This document shows positions 11,515 to 22,790 of a stretch of 34,607 nucleotides of DNA, piece by piece. The first letter of the stretch is position 1. The number at the start of each line of letters is the position of its first letter. Source of the DNA: Octopus bimaculoides. Taxonomy: Eukaryota. The stretch lies in contig NC_068986.1 in NCBI RefSeq assembly GCF_001194135.2, positions 65,257,232 through 65,291,838 on the forward strand. Reading direction: 5' to 3'. The translations under genes and the position numbers were made by a program. A model generated the notes under the pieces. That model did no database searches, had not been told where the DNA came from, and was given only the letters and a program-made list of their open reading frames with translations.

Positions 11515-12015
11515 CACCTAACAATGATAATAGAATCTACACCAGCACCAACATCATCAAAGGCAGCAGCAGCAGCAACTTTAACAGTGGAAATAGCTTC
11601 AGCAGAAACATCAACAGCAGCATCTTCATCAGCAGGAGCTTTGACTCGAGCAGCAACATCATCATCAAGGCTAACAATGATAGAAGCAGCAGTGTGCATA
11701 ACACCTAGAAATACTACAAACTCTACAGCATTATTACAGCAACACTAGCAGGAATAACAACAGCGGTATAATTGATAACATAGCAGTAGCAGCAGCAAGA
11801 GCAGCAGCAGCAAAAGCAGCGTCAACAGCAACAGCAGCATCAAGAAAGTAATATCTAAGCAGCAGCAACAGTGGTAACAGCAACAGATGCAGCAACAGTA
11901 GAGAAAGATGAACAGCTGCACGAGGAAAAGAAGGAAGTAGGAGGTGGAGTGGGAGAAGAATAACATGAAGAGGTAGGAGTTAGGTGGAAGGAGATGTAGG
12001 TGTAGGAGGAGAAGA
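11515..12015. repeat. Degenerate (CAG/CAA)n low-complexity tract grading into a GGA/GAA-rich tract
   Basis: Directly visible. Confidence 0.9.
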
Positions 12016-12053
12016 AGTAAGGTGACAGCGAATTTTTTGTTTTTTTTATTTTC

Positions 12054-12190
12054 ACGAAGCAGACGACACCGGCAGTGAATTGTCGGAGTTGAGCGAAGCC
12101 GGACAGGACCGAAACTGACCGGAACTATTTCGGACAGGGTCGGAGAGATACGACGACAATGGCATGGCGTTGAAACACCCCCGCTAAACG
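12054..12190. promoter_or_regulatory. CpG-dense patch, candidate promoter/TSS
   Basis: About 15 CpGs in about 135 bp against an AT-rich background. ETS-like ACCGGAACT at 12118-12126 and YY1-like ATGGCG at 12164-12169. Plus-strand donor ATG|GTATGT downstream (GT at 12412-12413). Confidence 0.35.
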
Positions 12191-12665
12191 AAACAAAACC
12201 TCTAAAAAAAAAAAAAAAGAGAGAAAAAAGAAAACAGAACAAAGAAAAACAATAAATGATGAACAACAAACCCTCCAGCTGCTACTTATTTCCCTCCTCT
12301 TCTTCCCGCAGAGAGAAGAGAAAGGAGGAGAAATGAAAGAAAGAAGCATTTAGGGGTTATACAGAGAGCGTGTGATGTCCAAGTCACAAGGTAGACGATG
12401 CAACAACTATGGTATGTAGTATTATATAAGTTTATCTACTCTGTCGCTGTTGTGTTGTTGGCATTGTTTCGTTTTTCCATTTTATTTTCTGACTAGTTTT
12501 ATTGCTATTGTTATCTTATTGTTTCTCAATTACATTAAAATATAGTTACATTAATTGCAGTACTTGCATAAATATTTATCACAAACACACGCGCACGCAC
12601 ACACGAGCATGTATTCTTACGTACATATACAATACACAACATATTACTATTAAGATTTAACAATT

Positions 12666-12702
<37 letters not shown>

Positions 12703-13142
12703 NNNNNNNNNNNNNNNNNNNNNNNNNNNNNNNNNNNNNNNNNNNNNNNNNNNNNNNNNNNNNNNNNNNNNNNNNNNNNNNNNNNNNNNNNNNNNNNNNN
12801 NNNNNNNNNNNNNNNNNNNNNNNNNNNNNNNNNNNNNNNNNNNNNNNNNNNNNNNNNNNNNNNNNNNNNNNNNNNNNNNNNNNNNNNNNNNNNNNNNNNN
12901 NNNNNNNNNNNNNNNNNNNNNNNNNNNNNNNNNNNNNNNNNNNNNNNNNNNNNNNNNNNNNNNNNNNNNNNNNNNNNNNNNNNNNNNNNNNNNNNNNNNN
13001 NNNNNNNNNNNNNNNNNNNNNNNNNNNNNNNNNNNNNNNNNNNNNNNNNNNNNNNNNNNNNNNNNNNNNNNNNNNNNNNNNNNNNNNNNNNNNNNNNNNN
13101 NNNNNNNNNNNNNNNNNNNNNNNNNNNNNNNNNNNNNNNNNN

Positions 13143-13181
<39 letters not shown>

Positions 13182-13376
13182 GTGTGTGCATGAGTGTGCT
13201 TACATATATATGTGTGTGTATGTGTGTGTGTATGCATGTGTCACACACACATTTATATATATGTGTATATATACATATATACATGCACTCGTGCTTCACA
13301 TGTACTTGAAAACGGATTTCTGAAAGAACATGTTACCCAAATTAATAATTAACAAGCAACAATTATCAATACACGT

Positions 13377-13462
13377 GCTTATGTATGTATGCATGTATGT
13401 ATGTATGTATGTATGTATGTATGTATGTATGTATGTATGTATGTATGTATGTATGTGTGCAT
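13377..13462. repeat. (ATGT)n tetranucleotide microsatellite
   Basis: Directly visible. Confidence 0.95.
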
Positions 13463-13792
13463 GTATTTTGTCAAGTCTGCACAAATGAGTACGACCTCGG
13501 CTAATGAATATTGGATTAGAGATATTCATAGATAAACGCACGCACATACGCATGGAGAGAGTGATAGAAACAAAAAAGGTGTGTGGAGGAGGTTGTAAAA
13601 GTGTGGAAAGGGGTGTTGTTGTTTTTGTGGTGGTGGTGGTAATGGTGGTGACAATGGTGTTCGTGGTGTTGGTGTTGGTGTTGGTGAAGAGGGAGACTAA
13701 GATAGATTGGATAGGTTTGTAGATCGTCAAAAGATACAACACACTAATAAAAACGGAATAATAAAAAACAAATCGCAGCATCAATAGCATCA

Positions 13793-13833
<41 letters not shown>

Positions 13834-14124
13834 CACGTGCGTGCGTGTGTGCGTGTGGGTGTGGGTGTGGGTGTGGGTGTGGGTGTAATTATGTGTCTAT
13901 TATACATACTTAGTCAGCAGATTGCAAAAAGAATGGTATTTGAAATATATAAACGCTTTTCCTTTTACTTTTAGACTTGTAGTTAGATAAATAGATAGTG
14001 AGAGATGAATAACAAGCGATGCGGAGTTCAAACTGTCTCCCGAATGCATGGCTACATTGTCTGTTTGACATCACACACACACTCACACACACACACTTGC
14101 ACACATGCACACACACATACAGTG

Positions 14125-14167
<43 letters not shown>

Positions 14168-14186
14168 TCTAGATATATGTGATTAG

Positions 14187-14345
14187 CTGTTGCTGTTGTT
14201 TAGCCCAAAGTCAACCTTGATCAGATACATTCCAACTACGACCATCCCCTCGTTTTAGGATAATACAGGACTACTTTATATAACGTATCATGTCCTTATA
14301 TATGAGAGCAGCGTGAGAAAGATTTAAGAAATAATTGGCTGCTAT
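14187..14345 (-). mobile_element. Repeat family D copy (runs into gap)
   Basis: gttgctgttgtttagccc..gtcaaccttgatc ... attggctgctat is the reverse complement of motifs in 14955-15130. Confidence 0.7.
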
Positions 14346-14954
14346 NNNNNNNNNNNNNNNNNNNNNNNNNNNNNNNNNNNNNNNNNNNNNNNNNNNNNNN
14401 NNNNNNNNNNNNNNNNNNNNNNNNNNNNNNNNNNNNNNNNNNNNNNNNNNNNNNNNNNNNNNNNNNNNNNNNNNNNNNNNNNNNNNNNNNNNNNNNNNNN
14501 NNNNNNNNNNNNNNNNNNNNNNNNNNNNNNNNNNNNNNNNNNNNNNNNNNNNNNNNNNNNNNNNNNNNNNNNNNNNNNNNNNNNNNNNNNNNNNNNNNNN
14601 NNNNNNNNNNNNNNNNNNNNNNNNNNNNNNNNNNNNNNNNNNNNNNNNNNNNNNNNNNNNNNNNNNNNNNNNNNNNNNNNNNNNNNNNNNNNNNNNNNNN
14701 NNNNNNNNNNNNNNNNNNNNNNNNNNNNNNNNNNNNNNNNNNNNNNNNNNNNNNNNNNNNNNNNNNNNNNNNNNNNNNNNNNNNNNNNNNNNNNNNNNNN
14801 NNNNNNNNNNNNNNNNNNNNNNNNNNNNNNNNNNNNNNNNNNNNNNNNNNNNNNNNNNNNNNNNNNNNNNNNNNNNNNNNNNNNNNNNNNNNNNNNNNNN
14901 NNNNNCAGCGTGGCGTTGGTTTAAACAACTGAAGCAATGATGACAGTATTACTA

Positions 14955-15130
14955 GCCAGAGTAGGTGTTCTACTAAAAATAGCAGCCAAATTTCTTTCGA
15001 ATTGTGCCATACTGGCTTAAAATATAGTCTTAGTTATATACTGATAGTATAAATGATGGGATGTTCACGGCTGGAATGTGATTGATGATAGATCTGCTCG
15101 ATTAGAGCTGACCTGAGCTTAATCATCAAC
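14955..15130 (+). mobile_element. Repeat family D copy
   Basis: aaaatagcagccaaat ... gggatgttcacggctggaatg ... gatctgctcgattagagctgacctgagcttaatcatcaac. Confidence 0.75.
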
Positions 15131-15330
15131 GGCACAAGGCCAGCAATTTTAGGCCAGGGGTAGTTCGATTACATTGACCCCAGTGTTCAAAAGGTACTTA
15201 TTTCATCGACCCTGAAAGAATGAAAGGCGAAGTCAACCTCGGTGAAATTCGAACTCAGAACATAAAGACAGACGAAATGCCGCTAAATAGTTTGCCCGGT
15301 GTGCTAACAATTCTACTAGCTCGCCGCTTT
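15131..15330 (-). mobile_element. SINE family B
   Basis: Reverse-complement match to 7756-7972. Confidence 0.9.
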
Positions 15331-15334
15331 AACG

Positions 15335-15449
15335 ATGATATTAATATTGCCATTACCACAGCCATCATTATATCTCCACCGTTATCACTACTATCAGAAC
15401 CAATTTCATCAATGCTACCACCGGCATTGTCGTCACTACCACTACCACC

Positions 15450-15481
<32 letters not shown>

Positions 15482-15720
15482 CAACAACAACAACGATAAC
15501 AACTTTACTCTTAAGGACAATAATATCACCACCATTACAACCGCCAACGCTGCATCAACATCTTCATCACAAATTATCAAAAGATTTCCCCGTTGTTCTT
15601 TCACCACCACCACCACCACCAACACCATTATCACCACCTTCATCCGCTCCATCATCACTATCACCCACCCCCACCACAATTTATCGCGAGGTTACCCTGT
15701 AGTTCTACCACCACCACTAG
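15335..15720. repeat. Degenerate (ACC/AAC/ATC)n tract
   Basis: Directly visible. Confidence 0.9.
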
Positions 15721-15744
15721 ATTACCCAGCAGTTCTATCCTGAT

Positions 15745-15880
15745 GGTGTGTTGACAGCTCCAGATAAATACCTTACTGTATTGGTTTCGATTCTCAACAC
15801 TCTGGGTTCAAATCCTGCTTCGATCAACTTCGACTTTTATTCTTTTGGGGTCAATAAAATATCGGTCGAGTACTACTGTC
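15745..15880 (+). mobile_element. Degenerate SINE (family B-like)
   Basis: ctgggttcaaatcctgc ... cttttattcttttggggtcaataaaata. Confidence 0.6.
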
Positions 15881-15884
15881 TATT

Positions 15885-15905
15885 TGCTCTCTTCTCTTCT
15901 CTCTC

Positions 15906-15949
<44 letters not shown>

Positions 15950-16078
15950 TCTCTATCTTTCAGTATCTCTCTCTCTTTCAGTATTTCTCTCTCAGTATCT
16001 CTCTGTCTCATTCTTTCTCTCGCTGTCTCTCTCTTTCTGTCATCACTCTCTTTCTCTCTCTCACTCACCCGCTCTCTG
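15885..16078. repeat. (CT)n-rich polypyrimidine tract
   Basis: Directly visible. Confidence 0.95.
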
Positions 16079-16274
16079 TAAGAAATAGACTGCTGTCGGT
16101 CAGACATCAGGGAGGAATGGGCAGAGCAGGGGGGCTTAGATACCTGAGATACGTTACATGTTACGATAACGCCCTTAAAAGACAACAGGAGTTGAGTGCT
16201 CAAAAAAAGGCCGTAATGTTATCATCACCATCTCAAGGTATCTTCATCAGTTAACAGAGAGCTTCTTTGAGTTC

Positions 16275-16410
16275 ACTTGACAGGCTGGAAATAGCAGTCT
16301 GGTCTCTCTCAACAAACGCTCTACTGAAAAAAATAAAATAGAATGAAGGACACATTGGATCATGTGGTCCTTGATAAGATAGTCAAGGTTAGACGATGTG
16401 GTCAAGGTGA
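16275..16410 (+). mobile_element. Repeat family D, partial copy
   Basis: gctggaaatagcagtc ... aaggacacattgga ... gtggtcaagg. Confidence 0.55.
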
Positions 16411-16711
16411 ACATGTTTTTGTTAGAGGACTACTTGATCAGAAGTTAATGCAGAAATGGTAACCAGCTGCCATAGAAACGTTCTCTACAAAGCCACCATC
16501 TCCAGCACTGTTGTCACAATCACTACCTCCATTAACAGAAGCCGTCACCACCGCCATCAGTATCTCTTCAGACCCCTGCCAACGAAACAAGCTATCACCT
16601 TCATTGCTATCACAGCTAGCACTCATACTACCACCACAACCACCAACACAAGCTACCACCACCATCATTACCATTTCTAGTATCATGACAAGTCATTGTC
16701 AATGACGTACC

Positions 16712-16969
16712 CTATTCCGTCGTTTAAGCTACCACAAAAAACAGCTACTTGAAAATGACAGTTCATTAACCATTGACATCCTCGATAAACATAAAGTTGG
16801 GATAGTCATGGTTGCATAGTCTTTGATAATAGACTTGCTCGATGAAGGCCGACCTAGGGTTAAACAACAATAATGATACCAACAACAACCACATGTTGCA
16901 ACCTTCCCCCACCACTAACATCTCCACCACCACCAAAACCACCACCACCACCACCACCAAAACCACCAC
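16712..16969 (+). mobile_element. Repeat family D copy with (AAC/ACC)n tail
   Basis: gggatagtcatggttg ... gacttgctcgatgaaggccgacctagggttaaacaacaa, then a trinucleotide tract running into the gap. Confidence 0.7.
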
Positions 16970-17113
16970 NNNNNNNNNNNNNNNNNNNNNNNNNNNNNNN
17001 NNNNNNNNNNNNNNNNNNNNNNNNNNNNNNNNNNNNNNNNNNNNNNNNNNNNNNNNNNNNNNNNNNNNNNNNNNNNNNNNNNNNNNNNNNNNNNNNNNNN
17101 NNNNNNNNNNNNN

Positions 17114-17440
17114 CCACCACCACCACCACTTCTACTACTTCTATCTCTGTTAACACCACCATCGCCAACAACTTCATCAACACCATCACTATCATTATCA
17201 CCATCATCGTCACCATCACCATCATCCTGCAAGCATTACCATCGCTGCCACAATCGCTTTCATCACCTTTACTACCATCGCACGATTACCAAATTTCCTC
17301 AAATTCACCTTGATCACAATCACAATTCTTACTATACCCACCATCATCATCATCATCATCTTCATCGTCGTCGTCGCCAACGTCCCCACTGCCACCACCA
17401 CCACGATCACTCGCGAAGATCCCTGCCATCTCCCCATCTC
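17114..17440. repeat. Degenerate (ACC/ATC)n tract
   Basis: Directly visible. Confidence 0.9.
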
Positions 17441-17542
17441 ACCCGTCACCCCTTACAAATATTTACCAATATCGTTCGTCTTCTGCTATAAGCACTAACA
17501 CCAGTGTCACCGTCATCACTACATTCACCACAACTGGATAAT

Positions 17543-17612
17543 TAAGGCAGGACTACTTTTGCTGCTCAGAGGTCTGCTCATTCGAAGCTGACCGGGGGCT
17601 AAAACACCAACT
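17543..17612 (+). mobile_element. Repeat family D, 3' fragment
   Basis: agaggtctgctcattcgaagctgaccgggggctaaaacaccaac. Confidence 0.6.
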
Positions 17613-17783
17613 GTTGCGTTATTAATATAAACTAGCAGCAACATTCTCCTTTCACCAATTCTGCGACTGTCTCTTCCATGACCACAACTGCCACCCATAC
17701 TTCCTATAAAATCTACAACGAGTCACTTTGTAGTCGTTCTATCTGCTAGATATAATAGCCACATATCCCTCAAATCACTCGCT

Positions 17784-17822
<39 letters not shown>

Positions 17823-18300
17823 CAACTGATCAANNNNNNNNNNNNNNNNNNNNNNNNNNNNNNNNNNNNNNNNNNNNNNNNNNNNNNNNNNNNNNNNNNN
17901 NNNNNNNNNNNNNNNNNNNNNNNNNNNNNNNNNNNNNNNNNNNNNNNNNNNNNNNNNNNNNNNNNNNNNNNNNNNNNNNNNNNNNNNNNNNNNNNNNNNN
18001 NNNNNNNNNNNNNNNNNNNNNNNNNNNNNNNNNNNNNNNNNNNNNNNNNNNNNNNNNNNNNNNNNNNNNNNNNNNNNNNNNNNNNNNNNNNNNNNNNNNN
18101 NNNNNNNNNNNNNNNNNNNNNNNNNNNNNNNNNNNNNNNNNNNNNNNNNNNNNNNNNNNNNNNNNNNNNNNNNNNNNNNNNNNNNNNNNNNNNNNNNNNN
18201 NNNNNNNNNNNNNNNNNNNNNNNNNNNNNNNNNNNNNNNNNNNNNNNNNNNNNNNNNNNNNNNNNNNNNNNNNNNNNNNNNNNNNNNNNNNNNNNNNNNN

Positions 18301-18337
<37 letters not shown>

Positions 18338-18391
18338 CGCAGCCGCCGTACTGCCACGGCGGCGACGACGACGACGACGACCACCACCACC

Positions 18392-18423
<32 letters not shown>

Positions 18424-18468
18424 CGACAACAGCAGCAGCAGCAGCAACAGCAACAACAATACCAACAA
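18301..18468. repeat. Compound trinucleotide (CTA)(CGA)(CCA)(CAA)(CAG)
   Basis: Directly visible. Confidence 0.95.
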
Positions 18469-18477
18469 AAGGCTCAT

Positions 18478-18700
18478 CTTCGCCTAATCGTACTTATCCC
18501 TAAACTAAACCATATTTCCCTCAAATTATACCTTACTTATCTTAAAATTAACAAAGGACACATTGGGTGAAATAATACTCAGGATGGTTCTCGGCACGTA
18601 GTGAAATGACGTGACAGTCATGGATGGGTTATCTCTGACCACAAATTGCTCAATCGGGCTTGACTTTAGTCAAAAGAACAACAACGATGACAATAATTAC
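18478..18700 (+). mobile_element. Repeat family D copy
   Basis: ttccctcaaattatacc ... aaaggacacattggg ... gacagtcatggatgg ... ttgctcaatcgggcttgac ... aagaacaacaac. Confidence 0.7.
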
Positions 18701-18879
18701 TGCAGCATCGATGTCCCTCTCCCAAATAGTTATCATTCGTCTTAAAGGACTATTAACATAACTATCACAACCCCTACCAGCACTTGTGCTGTAATGTCTG
18801 TTACCACTTATAAGAATGGTACCAGTGCGATTGAGAACTACTCTACTGTTTATGACGGTTCTATAACTAATGTCATAGT

Positions 18880-19515
18880 GTTACTAAGACGTTGATCACT
18901 AACACTACAGCCACTGCTGCCATCAGCGATACTAACACCTCCACTGTCACAAACTCCACCTTACTATACTTATCGTCACTAGTATTAAAACCTCTTCTCC
19001 GAGAGCTACCACCACTACCATCAATACTTCTAGCAGCACTTTCACTACTACTACTGCCACTGCAACCAACACTACTATTGGCACCTCTTCTGCGACGATT
19101 ACCACCATTACAATTAGCGCTACTGATGTGTCCATCACCACAACAACAACCATCAGCATTACCATCAGTTTTTGTAACACTTCGGCCACCCTCACCACCA
19201 TCATCACCACAACCACTATTTGAGCTACAAATACCTCTCTTCCCCCACAACCACTTACGAACACCTCCACAATTACAATCCCAACAACGGTCACTCCTTC
19301 TAACACATCGATAACAGCAACCGCCAATACCATCACCGTCACTAATAGCTCCACAGCCACAACCGTCACTTCAACCGTCTCTGCTAGTGATACCCCCATT
19401 GCCGTAACTACCACTACTACCACTACTGCTACAAAAATTCCTACCTTCATCACCAAGATGATAATTAACCACTGCCACCAGTATTGCCACACTTGGTCTT
19501 CATCACAACTACCGT
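18880..19515. repeat. Highly degenerate (ACC/ACT/AAC) low-complexity tract
   Basis: C/A-rich triplet periodicity with stops and frame changes. Confidence 0.85.
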
Positions 19516-19530
19516 TAACTGCTGTTAACA

Positions 19531-19618
19531 GCAGTTTTAACTTATGGCACAAAGGCAGCAGTCTTATTTTATCGGCCACGAAAGAACGAAAAGCAAAGTC
19601 GACCTCGGTGGAATTTGC
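19531..19618 (-). mobile_element. SINE family B, internally deleted fragment
   Basis: ggcacaaaggcagca | ttattttatcg ... aaagtcgacctcggtggaatttg, compared with 21778-21920. Confidence 0.75.
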
Positions 19619-19867
19619 TAACTGCTATTAATAATAATAACAATATTGAATTCTTTTTCCGGAGGACAAGATGTAAAACGTTCAAACCTTAACCAAGATC
19701 ATTTGTGATATAAGCGAAGTGATGTAGATTTAACCAGAAACCGAACCGAGACGGCAGAGAGGTTTCCGTTTACCTCTTACGCAAGGTTATCAAAAGCAAT
19801 GACAAGACATTGCAGTCGACAGAAAGAACTGAAATTCCACACGGTGATGTGGTCTTCTCCCTGAAAT

Positions 19868-20123
19868 TCTTTTAATCTTTTATTCATTTACTTATTTATC
19901 ATTTGACTGTGACCATGCTGGAGCATCGCTTTGAAAGGCTTTAGTCGAACAAATCGACCACAGGACTTATATTCTATCGGTCTCTCTTTTCGAACTGCAA
20001 GCTCACAGGGACGTAAACACAAAAACACTGGTTGTCAAAGGGTGATGGGGACCAACACAGGCACTAAAAGACATACACACACACGCATACACACACACAC
20101 ACACGCATACACACACACACACG

Positions 20124-20179
<56 letters not shown>

Positions 20180-20298
20180 CGACAGGCTTCTTTCAGTTTC
20201 CATCTACCAAATCAACTCACAAGGCTTTCGTCTGGGACTGAACCCAGACTCATGTGGTTGGGAAGTAAGCTTCTTACCACACACCCATGCCTGTGCCT
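19868..20298 (-). mobile_element. SINE family A, head-to-tail copy with internal (CA)n/(AT)n
   Basis: tRNA-like head at 20180-20298 (box-B-like ggttcagtccc), microsatellite at about 20070-20180, tail at 19868-20070. Lacks about 45 bp that are present in the 33569-33724 head. Confidence 0.92.
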
Positions 20299-20304
20299 AT
20301 AATG

Positions 20305-20440
20305 ATGATCTTCTTCTTTTTCTTCTTCTTCTTCTTCTTCTTCTTCTTCTTCTTCTTCTTCTTCTTCTTCTACTACTACTACTACTACTACTTCTACTAC
20401 TACTACTACTACTTCCTCCTCCTCCTCCTCCTCCTCCTCC
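20305..20440. repeat. Compound (TTC)n(TAC)n(TCC)n
   Basis: Directly visible; runs into a gap. Confidence 0.95.
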
Positions 20441-20716
20441 NNNNNNNNNNNNNNNNNNNNNNNNNNNNNNNNNNNNNNNNNNNNNNNNNNNNNNNNNNNN
20501 NNNNNNNNNNNNNNNNNNNNNNNNNNNNNNNNNNNNNNNNNNNNNNNNNNNNNNNNNNNNNNNNNNNNNNNNNNNNNNNNNNNNNNNNNNNNNNNNNNNN
20601 NNNNNNNNNNNNNNNNNNNNNNNNNNNNNNNNNNNNNNNNNNNNNNNNNNNNNNNNCCTCTTTGGTGAAGACAGTAGTAGCGGTGGGTCTGATGTTTTTC
20701 TTGTTTATGTACCTGC

Positions 20717-20905
20717 ATTAGTCCTCATGAAGCAGACCAATGATCAAAGATATTCCAGCCGTGACTCTCCCCTCTTTTTATTTCTATATTCAAGGAAACC
20801 AGGAACTCATCCAGCGTAACCTTTTCTAAAATTAAGGACATGAAGTGTAATTTGGGTAATATTTAGTTGCTTTTTCTTGCCAATCAAGCGACCGCGTAGA
20901 AGCTC
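20717..20905 (-). mobile_element. Repeat family D copy
   Basis: gaagcagaccaatgatcaaagatattccagccgtgac ... gtgtaatttggg ... tttagttgct, the reverse complement of the plus-strand copies. Confidence 0.75.
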
Positions 20906-20984
20906 TTTTGTTGCCACATGAATGGTGGTAGGAGATGAATTACTATTTATATTTTTCACCTGTAAATACCCTGATTGAGCAGAA

Positions 20985-21100
20985 ATATAATCTGGCCGAC
21001 GGTGTAGCAGTCGTAACCATCCCGTCCATTTTTGTTTTGTCAGAGATATTTTTCAAAGAGAACTAGTTGCTGTCTCGAACAGAGAGCATCCCTGTTACCT
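20985..21100 (-). mobile_element. Repeat family D, degenerate fragment
   Basis: gcagtcgtaaccatcccgtccatttt ... gaactagttgctgtctc. Confidence 0.45.
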
Positions 21101-21224
21101 CTATACAGCATCCAGGATACAATAAACATCAAGAGTCTTTGGCATCTTCTCTTTGTAAGATTTTAGGTAAATAGTTTCCGAGGCGACACAGACGCACTTC
21201 ATTTCCAACCGAGGGGACTGGAAC

Positions 21225-21332
21225 ATGGAATAAAGTGCATTACTCAAGGACACGACACACTCTACCCTGGAATCAAACTCACAGCTTTACGATTGTGAGT
21301 CTGACCCCCTAACCACTAGGCCGCGCATCTTC
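21225..21332 (-). mobile_element. SINE family C
   Basis: The reverse complement gaagatgcgcggcctagtggttag ... gagtttgattcc ... gtgtccttgag.aa..cacttta aligns with 1738-1860. Confidence 0.8.
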
Positions 21333-21417
21333 ATGGTTTTATAAATAAGACTTTATTCCGTTGACTTATACTAACTTGTATCTGCTCCCAAAATAATGAG
21401 TATAAGTTTGAAAATCC

Positions 21418-21431
21418 TGCTGCTGCTGCTG

Positions 21432-21507
<76 letters not shown>
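21418..21507. repeat. (CTG)n(CTA)n microsatellite
   Basis: Directly visible. Confidence 0.95.
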
Positions 21508-21732
21508 AAGTGTTGCTTCTATACAGTCCTCCATCTGACAAAAATAGGAGCCAAATATCCTTCAAATTACAACCAAAATATTGCTTTCAATAAAGGTCCC
21601 CGTTGAACAAAATAGTCCTTGTTATACAACAAAAATAAATCAAAAACAGGTGGACACAGTTGGGAGAACTCTGATGAAAGACATCGTAATCAGGATTAAA
21701 ACAGGACAACCAAAAAGCAATAAGCATCTTCT

Positions 21733-21733
21733 T

Positions 21734-21765
<32 letters not shown>

Positions 21766-21995
21766 TAATTGTTGTATTAATGGTTTCAACTTTTGGTACA
21801 AGGCCAGCAATTTCAGGGGTGGGGGCTTAGTCGATCACATCGATCCCGATACTCGACCGGTATTTCCTATATCGAATCCGACTTGATGGAAAGCAAAGTT
21901 GACCTCGGTGGAATTTGAACTCAGAACGCAAAGACGGACGAAATGCCGCGAAGCATTTTGCCCGGCATATTATCGATTCTGCCAGCTCGTTGCCT
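21733..21995 (-). mobile_element. SINE family B with adjacent (TAG)n tail
   Basis: Body 21778-21995 matches the other B copies; (CTA)n at 21733-21765 lies at its 3' end. Confidence 0.9.
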
Positions 21996-22134
21996 CAAAC
22001 TACTATGATAATAATGCCCTGTTCTTCCATTCTTCCTTTTCTCATTTGCATACTTTCTTTCTGAGAAATCATTTCTTCCAAAGGTCTAAAGGAACGGTTC
22101 GGGGACGTTCTTATCTATCTGGAAGACGTATGAC

Positions 22135-22265
22135 ATAGTGGTTTGGGATGACCGGTTCGTTATTTTATGGCTGAGGGTTCAATTACCAGGCTGGAAGGTG
22201 CGTGGAGTCCTTGGTCATGGCATTTAACTTCGAGTTGCTCCAATTTATTCAGCTGTAATGAGTAC
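22135..22265 (+). mobile_element. Degenerate SINE (family C-like)
   Basis: tagtggtt ... gagggttcaattacc ... gagtccttgg.ca.g.catttaa ... tcagctgtaatgag. Confidence 0.55.
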
Positions 22266-22758
22266 AAGCTGTAATGACTTGTGCTGTCAGCTTTCGCTCC
22301 AACATTTACTAGCTGAATGTACTTCTAGGCAAAAAGTAAGGCGGCCCAAAACTATTTGTGTCTGTTTGCAACTACATAGGACGTAAAGCAATTAAGAAAA
22401 AATATGAAATATTTTGTCAAGGTACATACATGGGTTGTACGGTACTTACATATACACATTCCCATATTAGAGCATATACACGTAACTGTATATACATACC
22501 TAACAGGGGACAGATACACATTATAGATATTACATGTATAAGCAGAACATTTCAGCTCTGCAAAGAATGTGGGTATTTGAGTGGATAATATGAAATTCAT
22601 ACATAACCGAAGTTCCAAACGTTAATCCAAAACCGTTCGAGAGATCACGAAATAGAAATGAAAAGTTAGTGACGGCCAAACGACATAGATATCTTGACAA
22701 ACATAAAAATGAATACATATGAATGCATGTATATACATTTGCATATTTATCTGTACAT

Positions 22759-22790
<32 letters not shown>

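Noticed and set aside
11470-12269. Ala/Ser/Thr- and Leu-rich ORFs
   Set aside because: Products of the CAG/CAA tract, with stops in alternative frames and no domain.
16098-16237. Possible plus-strand exon after the (CT)n tract
   Set aside because: The pyrimidine tract is a microsatellite, the donor AG|GTATCT is weak, and the open frame is unrecognisable.
18873-19579. Mucin-like Thr/Ser/Pro-rich ORFs
   Set aside because: The Thr-rich register is broken by frame changes and stops, and there is no signal peptide or splice framework. It is a degenerate trinucleotide tract.
22500-22750. Hydrophobic minus-strand ORFs as a paralogue of the 30.5-kb exon
   Set aside because: Resemblance is limited to a few residues in different frames (WP.L..HF, FGT) and an 18-bp AT-rich match. 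No single frame fits consistent splice sites.
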